In this document: positions 7,068-7,956 of the stretch, one piece after another | Numbering within the stretch: position 1 is the stretch's first letter | Layout of the letters: each line of letters begins with the position of its first letter | From: Octopus sinensis | Taxonomy: Eukaryota | Direction of reading: 5' to 3' | NCBI RefSeq assembly: GCF_006345805.1 | Contig: NW_021828573.1 | Coordinates: 1 to 7,956 of the forward strand | DNA length: 7,956 nt | Translations under genes and position numbers: made by a program | Notes under the pieces: model-generated | Told to the model about the DNA's origin: nothing | Databases searched by the model: none | The model's input: the letters and a program-made list of their open reading frames with translations, nothing else

Positions 7068-7267
7068 CACAAGGCCAACAATTTTGAGGAGGGGCTAAGT
7101 CGATTACATCGACCCCCAGTGCTCAACTGGTACTTATGTTATCGACCCCGAAGGTATGAAAGGCAAAGTCGACCTAGACGGAATTTGAACTCAGAACGTA
7201 AAGTTATACGAAATGCCGCGAAGCTCTTTGTCCGGCGTGCTAACGATTCTACCAGCTCGCCGCATTA
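7068..7267 (-). mobile_element. tRNA-derived SINE, second copy of the 4908-5142 family with a different 3' tail
   Basis: About 82% identical by hand alignment (~31 differences over ~176 nt) to 4967-5142. B box GAGTTCAAATTCC intact. Beyond the shared AATCG(A/G)CTTA the tail is GCCCCTCCTCAAAATTGTTGGCCTTGTG. No TSD found. Confidence 0.9.
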
Positions 7268-7522
7268 CTATGCCTGAGTATTAATCGATGTGATGGTCAC
7301 AGCTGGAGCACATTTGATTATTGCTCATTGATCTGCAGGATCAGGAATGACACAGGGCGAAACAACAACAAAATTTTTATAAAATGATATCAATAATTTT
7401 TATCGATTTTCTTTTCGATCATATTAAACTAATTAAGAACCTTAATGGATTGATAGATTAATCCACTCTAATGAACTAATTTACACTGATAAACTGTACT
7501 GCCACCTGGGTTACTGTGACTT

Positions 7523-7582
<60 letters not shown>
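7523..7582. repeat. (GTA)20 trinucleotide repeat
   Basis: Perfect 60-nt run; gives the poly-Thr in ORF 7468-7803. Confidence 0.98.
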
Positions 7583-7699
7583 CATATGTATATGTGTATG
7601 TGTGTGTGTATGTAGGTATGAATGTACGCATGCATTGTATGAATGTATCTATGTATGAACGGTTGGACTGATGAGGGCGTATACAAGCATATATATATA

Positions 7700-7766
<67 letters not shown>

Positions 7767-7940
7767 TATATATTATATATATATCGCATATATACGCCCG
7801 CATCCATCCTCATGTATTATATTACGTTTGTATGCATATATGGCTATGTGACTGTATGTGTGTGTGTGTATACGTACATATAAATATAGAGATATAGATA
7901 TATATATACATGTATATGTATAGGTGTGTATATATATATC
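7583..7940. repeat. Interrupted (TA)n/(TATG)n/(TG)n microsatellite region
   Basis: Directly visible, densest at 7688-7790 and 7850-7940. Confidence 0.9.
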
Positions 7941-7956
7941 ATCTCCAAACCTTCTC

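Noticed and set aside
7468-7897. ORFs with poly-Thr and YI repeats
   Set aside because: Products of (GTA)20 and (TA)n repeats.

Overview
AT-rich, microsatellite-dense (roughly a fifth to a quarter simple repeats) animal non-coding DNA with no intact host gene visible. The SINE sequences and the (TA)n/(TAGA)n/(CA)n load suggest an octopus or other cephalopod genome; this is inference from recalled repeat sequences, not a search. The window is a patchwork of mobile-element remains: an ~810-bp GC-rich island (992-1805) with Helitron-like ends carrying a stop-free frame of seven in-register 23-aa STPR-like repeats; a ~360-bp inverted-repeat module with a perfect 20-bp hairpin; a full-length tRNA-derived SINE with an exact 17-bp TSD; an RTE-type LINE C-terminal fragment; one end of a Tc1 (D34E) transposon with IR/DR architecture, cut off by an AT-rich foldback; a CORE-like SINE fragment with an internal microsatellite; and a second copy of the first SINE with a different 3' tail. 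A compact CRE/CCAAT/CCAAT/TATA/Inr-like array lies at ~2470-2610. Most listed ORFs are microsatellite artefacts. The best lead is the STPR-repeat-carrying mini-Helitron.
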